Positions 50,457 through 62,911 of a stretch of DNA of 64,000 bases are shown in pieces. The DNA is from Takakia lepidozioides (lineage: Eukaryota > Plantae > Bryophyta): NCBI GenBank assembly GCA_030704615.1, contig CM060734.1:23250001-23314000 (forward strand). Direction: 5' to 3'. How positions within the stretch are numbered: the stretch's first letter is position 1; each line of letters starts with the position of its first letter. The notes beneath the pieces are model-generated. The model did not search any database and was not told the origin of the DNA. It was given only the letters and a program-made list of their open reading frames with translations. The position numbers and the translations under genes were made by a program.

Positions 50457-53400
50457 TTACTCACATGAAAAGTCGTTGTCGACCTGCTTATCTTCGGGAT
50501 CGTCATCATTTCGAATATGAATCCGATCAGTCTGTGTGCCTGAAGTGGAGCCAGACAAAAGGGGGAGGAGCACTGTGTTGTAGAGGTCAGAATCACCCTC
50601 CATACCAAAAAGGCTTCTTCCGCCTGCCTTGCATGCGTGGTAAGTTGCTCCTGCACCAGACAGGAGAACATAAGCAGTTTGGAGGAGGGGATTTAAGCAG
50701 ATGAAACTGTTGAAAGGAAACCAATTCGGAAGGGAGAAAATGAACCTGTGGACACAGAAAGATCGACCACCCGTGCAGAGCGGTGGCTGCATGACTCCAG
50801 CAGTATTTGCATGAATGCTGGTGACTTTTCCTTTGCACCTCTCCAGGGAGTGCCATCTGGTCTCTTCAGAGTCTGACTGGACTGCATGAAGTTGTACAAA
50901 ATGTCATCGACATGGGGCTCATAGGGGGGGTTGACGAAACAACCCTGGTCAGAAATCTCAAAGCTGCGGATGGAGGATGGTGTCTTTGATGTGCGAATCC
51001 TCCGCAGGCAGATCGCCTCGAACATCCTCGTCTGCCAAAGATAGCAGGTTAGTGTGGTAAACACAATCTAAAGTGGAAGTGTGTACATCGGCTATTCAGA
51101 ACTCTGACACCAAAAAACCATGAATCGTTGATGATCGGTGTCGATCATAAAACATTCTACTAGAGTGGAGCTGCAGAGAAAATTGAAACTCATGATCAAA
51201 GCATAAGCAGAAGGCAGACGGCATACCAGCTGACCAGGGAAACCCCCTTTCACAAGGTAGAGGCTGTTCACACAATTCCATGTGCGCAAAACTTCAAACC
51301 CTGAAGACTTGAGGTATGATGCCAATGCCCGACGACTATCATTGTCACATGACTGAAAAAGCAGAAGTGTCCCTGCATCAGAGAGGAAATTGTTACAGAA
51401 CCCGAATACCCAACTCCAGTAGTTGTCCTCGAATTTGTTCCACCCTGGCGTCTTGCCCTTTGGAAGAACTTCTGGCACAGCCTGGCCATCCGGAATGTCA
51501 AGAATGACAATGTCGGCCGCATAAGTTTTCTGCACACCGCACACGAAGGTGGGACCTGTGCTCACCTGCAACAGACATGTTTTTTATAAGAACGATGGCA
51601 AGAATGTTTTCAAAGAACGAGACTGAAATACTGCCAACGAAACATTCAGAGAAAAAGGAAAGAAAGTGGAATTCTCACCAGATTGAGGAATGAGATTATA
51701 TTGTCCCAGGTAGGGGATGGCACCCCAGTGTATCCTCTCTTTCGACTCTGCATCATCGAAAGCCAACCCTCATTAACAATTTTCATCTCTCCTGCTGAAT
51801 CAGAACGGGAAGGGTGTGGCTTGGCATCGAACACGCACTGAAGAGTGCGGGTATATCTTCCAGCACTAAAGTCCTGCCCACTCTCCATCTCCTTTTCATT
51901 CTCCTTCCCCTTGTCATTTTCCTTCTCTTTGGACTTGTCTTTGTCCTTTGGCTTTGCTGGTGAGATGGCTATGACATCAACAGCCTTGTCTTTTGGTTTG
52001 CGGCCCGCCTTCTTTCCCTTCTGCGGCGTTCCCTGAGCATCAGGCTCCTTGGCAGCCAAGGTTGCTATGTTTCGTTGATACTCTTCTTCAGTCAAAGGCG
52101 CCAGCATCTCAGCGTTATTGTTCAAGTATTTCATATGCTGTTCTTGAAAGGTCGTGTGCTCAGGTGGGCAGTCAAGGTACCACCCACAGTCTCTGAAGTG
52201 AGAAGGACTCCAGAACAGAAAGAATAAAACATGGATTGAAATGGCTCTGACAACTGCTCCAAGGACCTTTCAGGACCACACTACTGCTCCAGATATGAAT
52301 GTCGTCAACGCCATTCAGAACATTCCATTCCATGACACTGTAAATACATCCTAATCCAGGTGAATGCAAATAAGCGATTAGAAATGACACAGAAATAGAA
52401 GTGAATGTCGTCAACGACATTCAAGAATGAAGCCAAATTATTACTGAAATGAAGCAAAATCACAGGATGGAAATAAAAAAATTGAGTAAGGAACCATCCA
52501 GGAAAACTCAATGCACATTCATAACGAACCTATCACTGAGGACCTCACAACATCACTGTATGTGAATGGCGTCAACGCCATTCACAAAAATACAAAAAAG
52601 AAACCAATTACTTAGCTCCCCAATCCATGAAAATTGAATTTGTCGTTTTTGAATAATACAGACACAGCTGTGAATGTCGTCAACGACATTCACTTTGGAT
52701 TTCTTAAAACAGAGCTTATCAAGCCTCCATATTCATCGCAAGAGGAAAAAACAATGCAGAACAACTGAATGTCTGCATTGACATTCAGCAAAATGAAGTG
52801 ATCAACCCTCATTGTAACCTCTATGGACATTCCAAAAATTTAAATAACCTTGAGGACCACACAACAACTCCGTATGTGAATGTCGTCAACGCCATTCAAG
52901 GACATTATCAATTCTAATCAGGGACAATATAATTGCACCCTTAGATCCTAACCAGGTGAATTCATATACTCGCTTAGAATGACTCAGACAAAGAAGTGAA
53001 TGTCGTCAACGACATTCAATCTGGATCTAAGATTGCAATCCATATGAAGCCACAATTTTTCCCAAAAAACAGTAGAGTTTCAAGTATGACATTTCACCTG
53101 TACACAACTCGCATCATGGCCCACTCTCCTCCAACCTTACTGTCAAAGTCGTTGGACCGTAAAATGTTACCATCTTTGGAGAACTCCCGGAAAAAACAGT
53201 ATCTCCAGGTGAGACCTCTCCACTTCCTTATGTATGCCTCCAATGACATTTGGGGAGGGGAAACAATCGCAATGTTCAGGTCCTTCAAAGTCTGATCCAG
53301 CACAATGATGGCGCGCTTTTCGAGCTGCAAATAGTATATTTGTCAGAATTGCAAAAAAGAAACACATCACATACTTGAAGAGAAGAAACAGCATGTTCGA

Positions 53401-55586
53401 ATACACACCTGACTCCAAAATGTAGCCTTGTGGAGCCAGTTATCAAACACCAAATCACTGATTCCTTCCACCTTTGTGCCAGGCTGTATGGTGCTCTTTG
53501 GGAACTGATTCAAGTCCTTTACTGTTTGATCTGAGTTCCATATCTCCAGCCACCTTATTTTTGTTTGTGGGTCGACCATCGATATGGCCAGCCGGTGCAA
53601 TTTCTCCTGCTGCATCTCCGGATGCACATGCTTGTCATAGTGTGTTTTGATCTGCTGAAGGAACTCAGGACCAAGTCCAGGATCTACTATTCTAAGCTGC
53701 TTTCCGAAGGCTGACATCAATTTGGTTCTTCGCATCTCAAACTCCTTCTTTATTGCAGCTTCCACACCCTTTGATGTCCTTAGTTCCTCTGGTGTAGTGC
53801 GGTAATATTCGGATTTTCCCTTCTCAGCTGCCTCTGCCAGTTCTTGCTGCATTCATTCAAGTAGTGATTAGCTCCGAAGGGACTCTAAACATGTATTCGA
53901 AAAGTAAACAGATTACAGACTCGGGCTTACCGCATACATGTACTCCAGAAACGCCTCTCGTGTCAAAGAATACCAAGTGCCTGCAGCTCTTCCTGTTTCG
54001 CACTTCTTGATGATATTGGGTGGTAGTACTGTCCGAAAATCATCCAGCTTCATCAGACCAATCCTCTGAATTCGGAATAGTGTGTGAACCAAGCTTGTTG
54101 TCACATGCGATTTCTCTGTCGATCTGCAAAAACATTGAAAACATTGCATTCCTTAACACTGTTTTTTGAGGATCAACAAGACACTACAGAGGGAATGAAA
54201 TCTCCTGGATGACTTACTTGTTCACGTCGTGCATAGCTGTAAGAAGCCTAGCGATGTCGTTTCCTGGATCCAAAACCATTGCCTCCACAGCAACATGCTT
54301 GTCTTTGTCTTTCGAATGGTGTTTCTGAATGTATCCCATCCATGCCAGCAATCGGTGGTTGCCGTCCCAGACGTAGAACATGTGGTTGCAAAATTGCTGG
54401 GTGTTCTTTCCCATCATGAGGCCCAGCTCGAACTCCTCATTGGCATCTTTCCAGCACTCATCCCAGTTATCACTGATCTCTGGAGAAACTAATGTGCTTT
54501 TCCCATTTATATCCGTCAGTGACACATAAAAAACTTGTGCACCAAGTCTATATCCATGCACAAAATCACTCTCCAATTTTGTTATGTCATGGGAAAGAGG
54601 TGGACGCACAACAGGCATTGATATCATCCGGCACAGAGGTATGTCCAGACGCCCTCCAGATACGAGCATGTCCCTTATAACCTCCTGAGAGTTTACCTTC
54701 TGGAATGACATGAGTTCTTTCACCTTGTCAAGGTAGTGCACTTCGGATTCATCTGCTTCATCTGTATTCTCTGAGCTTTTTGCGGACTCGTCCCCATCTC
54801 CAGATCCTTTCCCCTCTGATCCTGTAGGCTTCGACCTCACAGTTTTCTGCACGATGCCATTCAGTTCTGACTAAGTGATTTGCAAATAGTGAATGGCGGT
54901 AACGACAATCACTCTGTATCAAGGAAACTCACCATGAATGGTGTGAAAGAATTCAGCACAATCTACACATGCAAAGCCGAGACTGCCGTATTCAAAACAA
55001 AAGTGAGAGCGATAGCGAACGGCGTTAACGACAATCACAAAAGATAACAACCTGCCGGATCGGTGTTGTGTAATGACATATATGTGCAACTGATTGGCGG
55101 CAACGACATTCAGTGTAGTTTAGGGAGAATAGTAAGTGCAGACTCTCTCTTCAAACACATAGGTACATAAATCTCATGAGCAGAATCGAATGGCGTTAAC
55201 GACGCTCGCGATTCAGTAGTTCCTGCTAAAGAATGGAAGAGGAAGGACTCCTTGAAAGGCAATCACACAGACTATATGATAAAACTTACTGGCACCTTCT
55301 TAGGTTTTGAAATTTGATCCCCTTCTGCAGCTTTCCTCTTCCCTCTCACATCTGCTGGAGTTTCTGTCTGCGCAAGGGTTTCTTGACCTTCTTCAGGTTC
55401 GGCGTTCCGCGTGCTTCCACCTTCTTCAGTGTCCCTGCGATTCATCTCTGCCTCCACAGGCTGGCGCACTCTTATCGCCGACTGTGTCGCAGCCGCTGCC
55501 TCAGTCTCCGTCTGCTCTTGTGAATCAGTCTCCGCGTTCACCTGCTGCCTTGGCCCTGTGTTCTCCAACAAACGACGCCTCGTCAT
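50457..55586 (-). CDS. ParB/Srx-like domain plus beta-class amino (N4C/N6A) DNA methyltransferase fusion, ~1050 aa, one apparent 1-nt frameshift near 53855. Exons: 55586-55290, 54846-54218, 54123-53931, 53884-53409, 53324-53098, 52192-51679, 51565-51227, 51031-50746, 50650-50457
   Basis: ParB-like VVRP...FYVWDGNHRLLAW. MTase motif IV ADIVILDIPDG followed by W..F...FLSDAGTLLLF. Motif X-I-II region EKSPAFMQILLESCSHRSARVVDLSVSTG|ATYHACKAGGRSLFGMEGD, matching the N6_N4_Mtase pattern KP..L...LI...S..GD.VLDPF.GSG.T..AA...GR..IG.E. All introns are GT-AG with compatible phases. Confidence 0.8.
52296..53018. repeat. Seven 22-bp palindromes TGAATG(T/G)CGTCAACG(A/C)CATTCA in intron 5 of the ParB-MTase gene
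   Basis: Copies at 52296, 52402, 52563, 52671, 52766 (variant), 52877 and 52997. Confidence 0.9.
54889..55210. repeat. Degenerate copies of the same palindrome in intron 1 of the ParB-MTase gene
   Basis: gtgaatggcggtaacgacaatcac, gaacggcgttaacgacaatc, ctgattggcggcaacgacattcag, cgaatggcgttaacgacgctcg. Confidence 0.7.
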
Positions 55587-56441
55587 TTTCTCTCTTGCTC
55601 TGCGTCTCTCTCTAAGGGAAGTAAAATAAAGAGACTTTCTTCTCTTTCGTATTCTAGAAGGAACCCTCTCCAGCTTGACTACCACTCTCCCTCTAAGCGC
55701 GAAAAGTAGAAAAACGCAGTGACTCCCGATTTCTTGCGGGATTGCCTGTGTTCTTGCGTGTCTCTAGAAGCATCGGATTCCCTCCCGCGTGACCGTTACA
55801 CATAGTCGTTTCGTTATTAGTGCACATGCCAGCAATTGGTGTACAGCTGTTCGTATTCAGTTATGGATGTCTGACGTGTGCCGCCCAAAACAAAACGGCG
55901 TGTTCTAAATTATAACTGGTTCAATATTTAAAAAGAACAGCGAATCCCAGAAATTGATGCGCAGTCTTAAACAAATAAATATAAATGAACGAGAGTTTGA
56001 TGACAAATTTTGGAATATCATACACGGTCATCCTTGTTATCCAAACCCCACATTCGTTGCACATTTGGAACTTTCCAGGTGCGCATGATCATTGGTAGTA
56101 GTATATAGATACATTTACTTAATCTGCAATCCCATTCTCGGATCCTGTGGCATGCTTCCAGGAAGTCGGCTTTGTTATTGGGTTTATTGATGAGGTTCTG
56201 ATTAACGGTTTAACAGTTGCCGACACTGCCCCTATGGATTCTCTGACCACTGGGCCCACAAGAAAAGTAATTAAAATGGACGGCTGCATATCTGGAATGA
56301 ATAACAGAATATGCACAGTCGTTATCTGAGCTTCCTCCGCCATATGCTCTGCTCATTCTTCAACTGTGTTCTGGAGACAGCAGTAAACCGATTTACACTA
56401 GATCTGCGATAGCAAGGTACAAACATACTCGAGGAAGGAAG

Positions 56442-59400
56442 ATGGCTTCCTCTGAAGCGGAGTTCTTCTCAGACGACAAACCAGTGCCGTTCTCCCAGGA
56501 AGTCCTTGACAATGGATTTGCAATTGTTCTGGAACATGTCTTGGCTACCCGTTTTCAGCTGCAGAATGGCTCCATCTTTTTGGAGAAAGAGGTTTACGAT
56601 CTGAAAGGGAAGTTGGTGAAATATTCTTTCCAAAACCGTGATGAGACGGCTCATATCAGCCAGTGGAGAGTGCGTCCTGGTCGATACAGAGTACTTGGAG
56701 AGCCTCGGCGAAAGTCCCTTGGGTCATATGTGACGCCCGGGACTGCTGCTTCGGTCGTTGAAGACAAGAGGGAGGTGGTGGTGAAAAAAGAACAGACTTC
56801 CTCCACTCCAATCGTTGAGCTTTCGGATTCTTCCGATGATGACATAAGTGAAATTCCAAATCCAGTCCTTCCTACTGTGGTTGCAGAAGCTGATGAAGAA
56901 GAGATTTGTAGTGTCATTCCAAAATTGCGGGCGATGGGAGGAATGGCTGGATTCAAAAGTGAGTTGCGGGGAATTGATTGGGAATCTTTGAAGCAGGTGC
57001 CTGTGAAGTTCTTGCCGGAGACTTTTGATGGCGATATCCTATTCGAGCTGCCTCCTCCTCCGCGAGTTGGAGGTGTAACAATCATGATGCATGGAATGGA
57101 CAAGAAACACGACGGGCACCCGTGGTGCAGAACAAAAACATCCAATATTCAGAATGATGACAAGCTTGTTTTCAGGAGGACAGTTTGCAATGGACACCTT
57201 AGGTGTGATAATTTGAATTGCAGACACTTTCTTCAGTCTGGAGTTCATAATCAAAGCGAATGGGAGGGTCTGGCGGAGAATCCATTTCAGCCTGGGACTG
57301 CCCCTCCACCGGCAAACACTTTCGTCTGCAAATTCTGCAAACTTGTGCCATCCTGCTTGGCGCTCTGCGGAGCAAGAATGTACTATGTTGTCCACCGTTT
57401 GAATACAATGACGAGAGCTTGTGTGCATTTTGGATTCCATAACCATCCTGTCTCGAAGGGGGATTACAGGGAGAGTGTTGAGACAGTATCGAGGTTGATC
57501 AAACAGGAGTTCGGGAGAAACCCATCCGCAACAACATCTGCAATTGCTCTTGGCGCAAGCAAGTCCTTCTTGGAAAGCCATATTTTGAGTGAAGGAGATT
57601 CTGTGGGGACTAAACTTGACGGTGCAGCATTGGACCTGGTCATGGATCATTTCTCCACTTTAAGTTCACCTAACATTCGGCATCAGATCAATGCATTGAG
57701 AATGGGCTCTGGGATCAGAGGCTACATAGACAATATTTTGGAATTGAAACGACTGAGCAAGTACGATTACATCCAGGACAATGTATTCCCAGGTCAAGGT
57801 GCCATCAAAGTTTTTCTTTTCAAAATGTCGACTGTTGGGGAGGGCAGTGGGGTTAGCCTCGTGAAGCGGATGCAGAAGACTGGGGACTTGCAGAACTGTT
57901 TTCTTATGTTTGATCATGTGAAACGAGTGAAGGATTGGACGACAATGGCTTGTCATGTCTACGATCCAGTGTACCAACGAGTTATGACAATTGCAGTTTG
58001 TGACATGCAATCCGAGGATACGGAATCCCAGAAGCTCATGTGGAATTCCCTGATACGTGTCATGGGCTGCCATGGGCTGCCATGGGCTGCCATCTCCAAA
58101 TTTCGCAGGTTTCATGGCGGATAGTGCTCAAGCAAATTTCAATGCTATTCGTATTGTCTTCGGATCGGGCGACCCAAAAGTGCCTATGCCAGGAAGAGAG
58201 CGTACATGTCTATTCCATTGGACACAATCTCTGGAAAAACATACAAAGTCGGACATCAAACCAGAGATGCAGACTCAGCACCGTAAATTGTGCAAAGAGT
58301 ACAAAGATGCTAGAACAATGAAGGAGGCGGACACTTTGTTCCAGACAATTCGTGCCTGGTGGTTCTCTTCTGGAGCTGCATCACTTGAGAGTATGAGAGC
58401 ATTGGAAGATTGGCTGGCGTTTTGGCACTTCCGGTATAGACAGTGGGGAGCAGCCATGACAATGGTACGAGGCTTCTATTTCATGCTTTATTCATACATT
58501 TGCTTTCCATATTTTTGACTCATTGCTTTCTTTATGTTGTTTCCTGTGCACTATTCTGAAGTGTGGTTATCCTCTTTGCAGAACATGTCCATTGAGGAAA
58601 TGGCAGACATGCCATCTTGCAATTTGGCAGAAACTGTGCACAATGCATGGTTGCAGCAGTCTGGGAAACGAGGTCGGGATTTGTATGTGGCAACAACAGA
58701 TGATTTGATACGTGCCTTGCAACAACAAACCCGATACCGTGATTTCTTACGAGGTGGGGTTGGTGGCAAGGGTCCGGACAAATCGGAGTTGATGTTGCGT
58801 GCTGCAAACAGATCTGGGGATCCAATCAAGATAGCACGGGCGGTGAGCATGTATGCCCAGGGAACGCCACTTGTTTCTAGAGTTCCACATCTTGAAGGGG
58901 AGGAGAGATTCGGCTCCTGTAAGAGGAAATTGAACACTCCACCTGGTTCGGATTCAGATTCCCACAGGGCAGACCGTGATAACTTCTCGAAGCCTCGTGT
59001 TCCCCTGCATGACAGCTCCGTGTCCGGAACCTCCATTGTGGAGGAACCTCCATTGTGGACCTCCAACACGACGGCAAGCTCCAGCATCAAACCGTGCCAC
59101 TGAAATGGTGCAGGAGAGAAACAACCCCCTTGATGTGCTTGAGTCCGCATGCCCCGACCACGTTTGGCACATAGAACGCACAAGTGTCGGGTCTCGTGTG
59201 AAATGTACAGCGATCAGGGCAACTAATTTCGAGAAGTGCACTTCATCTATATCCAAGGTGGTGCCCGAACTCCTGCTCCGACTTTCACGGGCTTGATGCG
59301 TCCATACGGTCAACCAGAAGCCAAGAACCACAAGTTCTGGTTCTGCGCAGATGATTGTGCCAGATGTGTGCATGGAACTGTGCGTCCTTCCGTAGTGATG

Positions 59401-59978
59401 AAGCCATCTCCTCCAACCGTTTGGCCCGTGAAGGTGGGAACACATCTCAGCTTTCAGGAGATTGAAATGCTGGAGGAGGCAGGTTTTTCCCTTGCGAGAC
59501 AACCCCAACTCCATGCATGTGCTACTACTCCTGCGTCCTCCCGGGTCCCCCGGCAAATCCTGACTTGTGGCCAACCAAACGAGATGGAAAGCTCGTTCGG
59601 CGTTTCCCTCCAACCGCTGAACACTTTGGCAAAGTGGAGTCCGCAAGAATGCTCCAAGCTCGTGTCGGAAGCACCACGGAAGTACCCGATCCAGGATATG
59701 GTCGGGTATTCACAATCATCACTTCCACATCTGCTGTTCATGACAGGACCTACGACATCACGGTTTCCAATTTCCCCAATTGCACATGTCCTGATTTTGT
59801 GAATATGCTATCAACCAGTTTGGGCAAGAGAGGTAAATTCATACCCTGCAAACATTTGTATTTCATATTTTTGAGGAGGATGGTTTGCGATCCCAAACGT
59901 GACAACTTCATTCACCAGGCCACTATGAGTTTCAACGAGGTCGATACTCTTTTGCAGCGGGATACAACACATGGGTAG
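56442..59978 (+). pseudogene. GCM/WRKY-like zinc finger - MULE-type DDE transposase - Cys domain - SWIM finger; intron 58465-58581; about four frameshifts
   Basis: HPWCRTKTSN..FRRTVCNGHLRC.N.NC..CKFC..C.ARMY..HFGFHNHP; MFDHVKRVK; FMADSAQAN; CLFHW; CNLAETVH; SWIM CTCPDF..CKHLYFI. First frameshift is an extra 10-bp catgggctgc copy at 58061-58090; others near 59090, 59260 and 59525. Confidence 0.85.
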
Positions 59979-60429
59979 CATGAACTATGTAATGTGGTAT
60001 GTGGATGACCATGATTTGAAATGTGTAATTCACATCAATTCGTCGGCTGTGCAATGATATGGCCTCCAACTATACGGAGTGAGGTCTGAGTGACAACTTT
60101 TAGGTAGTGCACATTTGTCATTGCACCGTTCGAAGTCTACATGTCTTGCTGTCGCTATGCACTACAATCATCTTTTGAAGATGATCATAACTCTCATTGT
60201 TATTTGAGGAGGGAGGAAGTCTTCTCGTGGCAGCCTTTATGGCGCACACTTTGTGAGGATATTTTGTCGTCTTCGTAATTGTAAAAGTGAAACAAACATT
60301 TGTAATTGCACAATGTTGGATGCTGCAATTATAGGCCTCAACGCTCGTCTTGATTCTATTTAGGCAAGATTCCCTGCATTAATTCCACGGTCATAGGACC
60401 ATCCACGGTTATAGGCGGCGCATGTTAAT

Positions 60430-60616
60430 GCTGACGTGGCAGTTGACGGACAGTGCCACGTCATCATTTACCGCCACATCAGCATGCTGACATGACGCTC
60501 ACGCCACGTCAGCATGTGTGCAGGCTCACGCCACGTCAGCTGGCGTGAGCGTACGCTCACGCCACGTCACTCCTGCGTGAGCGTACGCTCGCGCGCTCAC
60601 GTGCAACGCTCACGCC
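60430..60616. repeat. GCTCACGCCACGTCA repeat cluster; right arm of the imperfect inverted repeat
   Basis: Three direct copies of gctcacgccacgtca plus gcgtgagcgtacgctc palindromes. Confidence 0.7.
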
Positions 60617-61839
60617 ATTGCGTCGTTGTCAGCAAACGTGCCGCGTCGTGGTTCCAAACCCCGTGGTTCCTCATGTGATTGACACGTGTCGCTTGGGGGG
60701 GGGGGGGGGGGGAGGCTTCACATTCACATGTATGTTTGTATGGGGGGGGGATCAGGGAACACCACGTGGCACGTGTACATGGTGAGACTGTGAGTGCCCA
60801 CGTGCTGGACTCTCCTGACCTGTGGTGGCTTCCTGCCAGTCATACATACGACTGGCGCAATACGGCAGATTCAAACAACAGGGAATTCCATGAGGACGTG
60901 GTTGTGTCTGGTGGTGCCACGTGCTCGATCCTCTAAACCTCACATGGTGCGACGTAGACATACATACTGGAGGTTTTGCATACGGAGACATAGGACCAAT
61001 TGCCCCAGAGACCTCAGGTGGCCACGTGTCGGAATGTAATTTGTGGATACACATATCATATTGGGTTCGGTAGTCATTCTTATGACTCTGGACGGACACA
61101 GGGTTTGACAACTGAATTGACCAACCATGGAGTCGTCCCCAAAACTCTTGCGCTTGACAAAGACATGCGAATCCATCTCTGGGAATGCCCAAAGGACACA
61201 ATCCTATATATAGCAAGACTTAAGGCACAAAAATGGGACCGAGACAATTCTGAAAGAGCACGAACATAATCACCATCCAGCAGCTCCATTACCAACCACA
61301 TGTCCCAGCAGCAACATAATCAACCACCGTGTGTGCAAATGGGACATACCACCAATTGTAATATATCACATTAACGAGGCAGAAGTTTGCAACAACATGC
61401 ATGAGGAAATCCAGACAATTAATTGCTATCAAAATTGGACAGTCAATTCAAACAATCTGTCACTACTATAAATTACCAATGGGCACATACCACGTTGGAT
61501 GTGGTTGTGGGTTCAATCCACGGTCTGGTGTGTCATGAAGATGTCAAGCTGGAAGGCAAGTTGTGGTGAAGTGACACCATAAGTTACGCTCCCATCGGGA
61601 GACGTCGTATATATATAAATATATATATAGTTGCCAAAGTTGCCAAATTCGGACAATCCAGAGGTGGAAATCCTCATGAAATCCACAATGCTAGCAATAA
61701 ACAACCTATCTCATCTCTTCATCTGCAAGGTCTTCACTAGTTTGTCACTCCACACAGTACATACAAGTAGCTACATCGTGCACGAGATAGATTCTCAGAC
61801 TTTCTTGTCTAAATGATGCAATACATACATGGATGCATG

Positions 61840-62898
61840 TCAATTGATTCTCACCACATGAGGGCTCTGTGTGTGAGCCCGAGCCATGTCGCTGGCTGGT
61901 GGGGATGACTGTCGATTAGATGGATCTGACTGTCCTGCCTTAGGCTGATATGGAGGTAACTTTTCAGGCATAGGAGATCCCCGTCGTTTCTTCTTCGCCA
62001 TTTGTATCGCATAATCCTCAGCCATGTCGAAATTCCCCTCCACAGAACCAGTAGTATCCGAATCATCTTCCCCCTGTTGGCCGTACTGTTTCCTGTCCTT
62101 CGGTGGCTTTGCAGGAATCCTGACTGGCATACAGTGTATGCCCACCATGTCTGGAAGCTTATACTGTAAGACTTGTGTCAACCTCTTGTGGGCAAGATTA
62201 GTGTATGCCCGCAGCTCATCTTTTGTATAGCTGAGTGGTGTGCCAATGACTTTGGAGAAGTGTAGCCACTTCCTGGCTTCATGCCCCTTGGGAAAAATGT
62301 GGTCAAGACCCAAGTTCTCCTTGGCTAAGTTCTCCAGAGCAAAAATAAACCAAGAACGGAGTTGGGGGTCCTTCTGAAGCATGATCCTTACATCATACAT
62401 ATATGTATGTGGTGGAACAGAAGGTAACGTCCAATGCTCCCCAGTGGAATAAGTTTGAAATCTCATCTGCACCTTCTGCTGCTCAATGTGATAGCGTGAA
62501 ATAAAACAAGCAGCATAATATAGTCCACAACCCATGACCAAACTAAGTACCTCTTTGGTCTTGGTGTAAATGAATCCATGAACAATCTGGAAGGCAATTA
62601 ATTCCTTCAGCATGGTTCCCGCTTCAGACCAGTACCGCGCAAAATGGTGATCTTCAATGGGTTTGTCAGTTGGAAGAACTTTAGTCCGAGTTTCCACTGG
62701 CAACCAAATGCGCATAATCTGGTAATAGTGTGTCAAAGACTCTGGAGGACTGAATTCTTTCCAAGCCAAATCCATAACAATGGGGATTTGGTTGAAGGGT
62801 AGAATCATAGCCCGATTGTATTCAAGTGCAGCAGGAGTAGTAGGTGGGTTAAAAGAAGCATCACCCCAAACCTCAGACAGTGATTGCTGCAGTGCCAT
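61840..62898 (-). CDS. Hypothetical protein (352 aa), probably TE cargo or accessory ORF
   Basis: Uninterrupted ATG-initiated ORF with a globular aromatic-rich core and a KKKRR NLS-like tail. No recognisable family. Confidence 0.55.
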   Translation of the reverse strand: MALQQSLSEVWGDASFNPPTTPAALEYNRAMILPFNQIPIVMDLAWKEFSPPESLTHYYQIMRIWLPVETRTKVLPTDKPIEDHHFARYWSEAGTMLKELIAFQIVHGFIYTKTKEVLSLVMGCGLYYAACFISRYHIEQQKVQMRFQTYSTGEHWTLPSVPPHTYMYDVRIMLQKDPQLRSWFIFALENLAKENLGLDHIFPKGHEARKWLHFSKVIGTPLSYTKDELRAYTNLAHKRLTQVLQYKLPDMVGIHCMPVRIPAKPPKDRKQYGQQGEDDSDTTGSVEGNFDMAEDYAIQMAKKKRRGSPMPEKLPPYQPKAGQSDPSNRQSSPPASDMARAHTQSPHVVRIN

Positions 62899-62911
62899 GG
62901 TATCAACACTG

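Noticed and set aside
50919-50936. VNPPY as the methyltransferase catalytic motif
   Set aside because: The DIVILDIP motif in the previous exon has the right strand context and downstream helix-G-strand pattern for motif IV. NPPY falls in the variable region and is probably coincidental; a structure model would settle it.
50457-55586. Bacterial or phage contamination as the source of the ParB-MTase
   Set aside because: The gene has eight phase-consistent spliceosomal introns and is embedded among plant-type TEs.
60695-60750. Poly-G tracts as an LTR polypurine tract
   Set aside because: Not followed by a TG-starting LTR, and there is no upstream pol on that strand.
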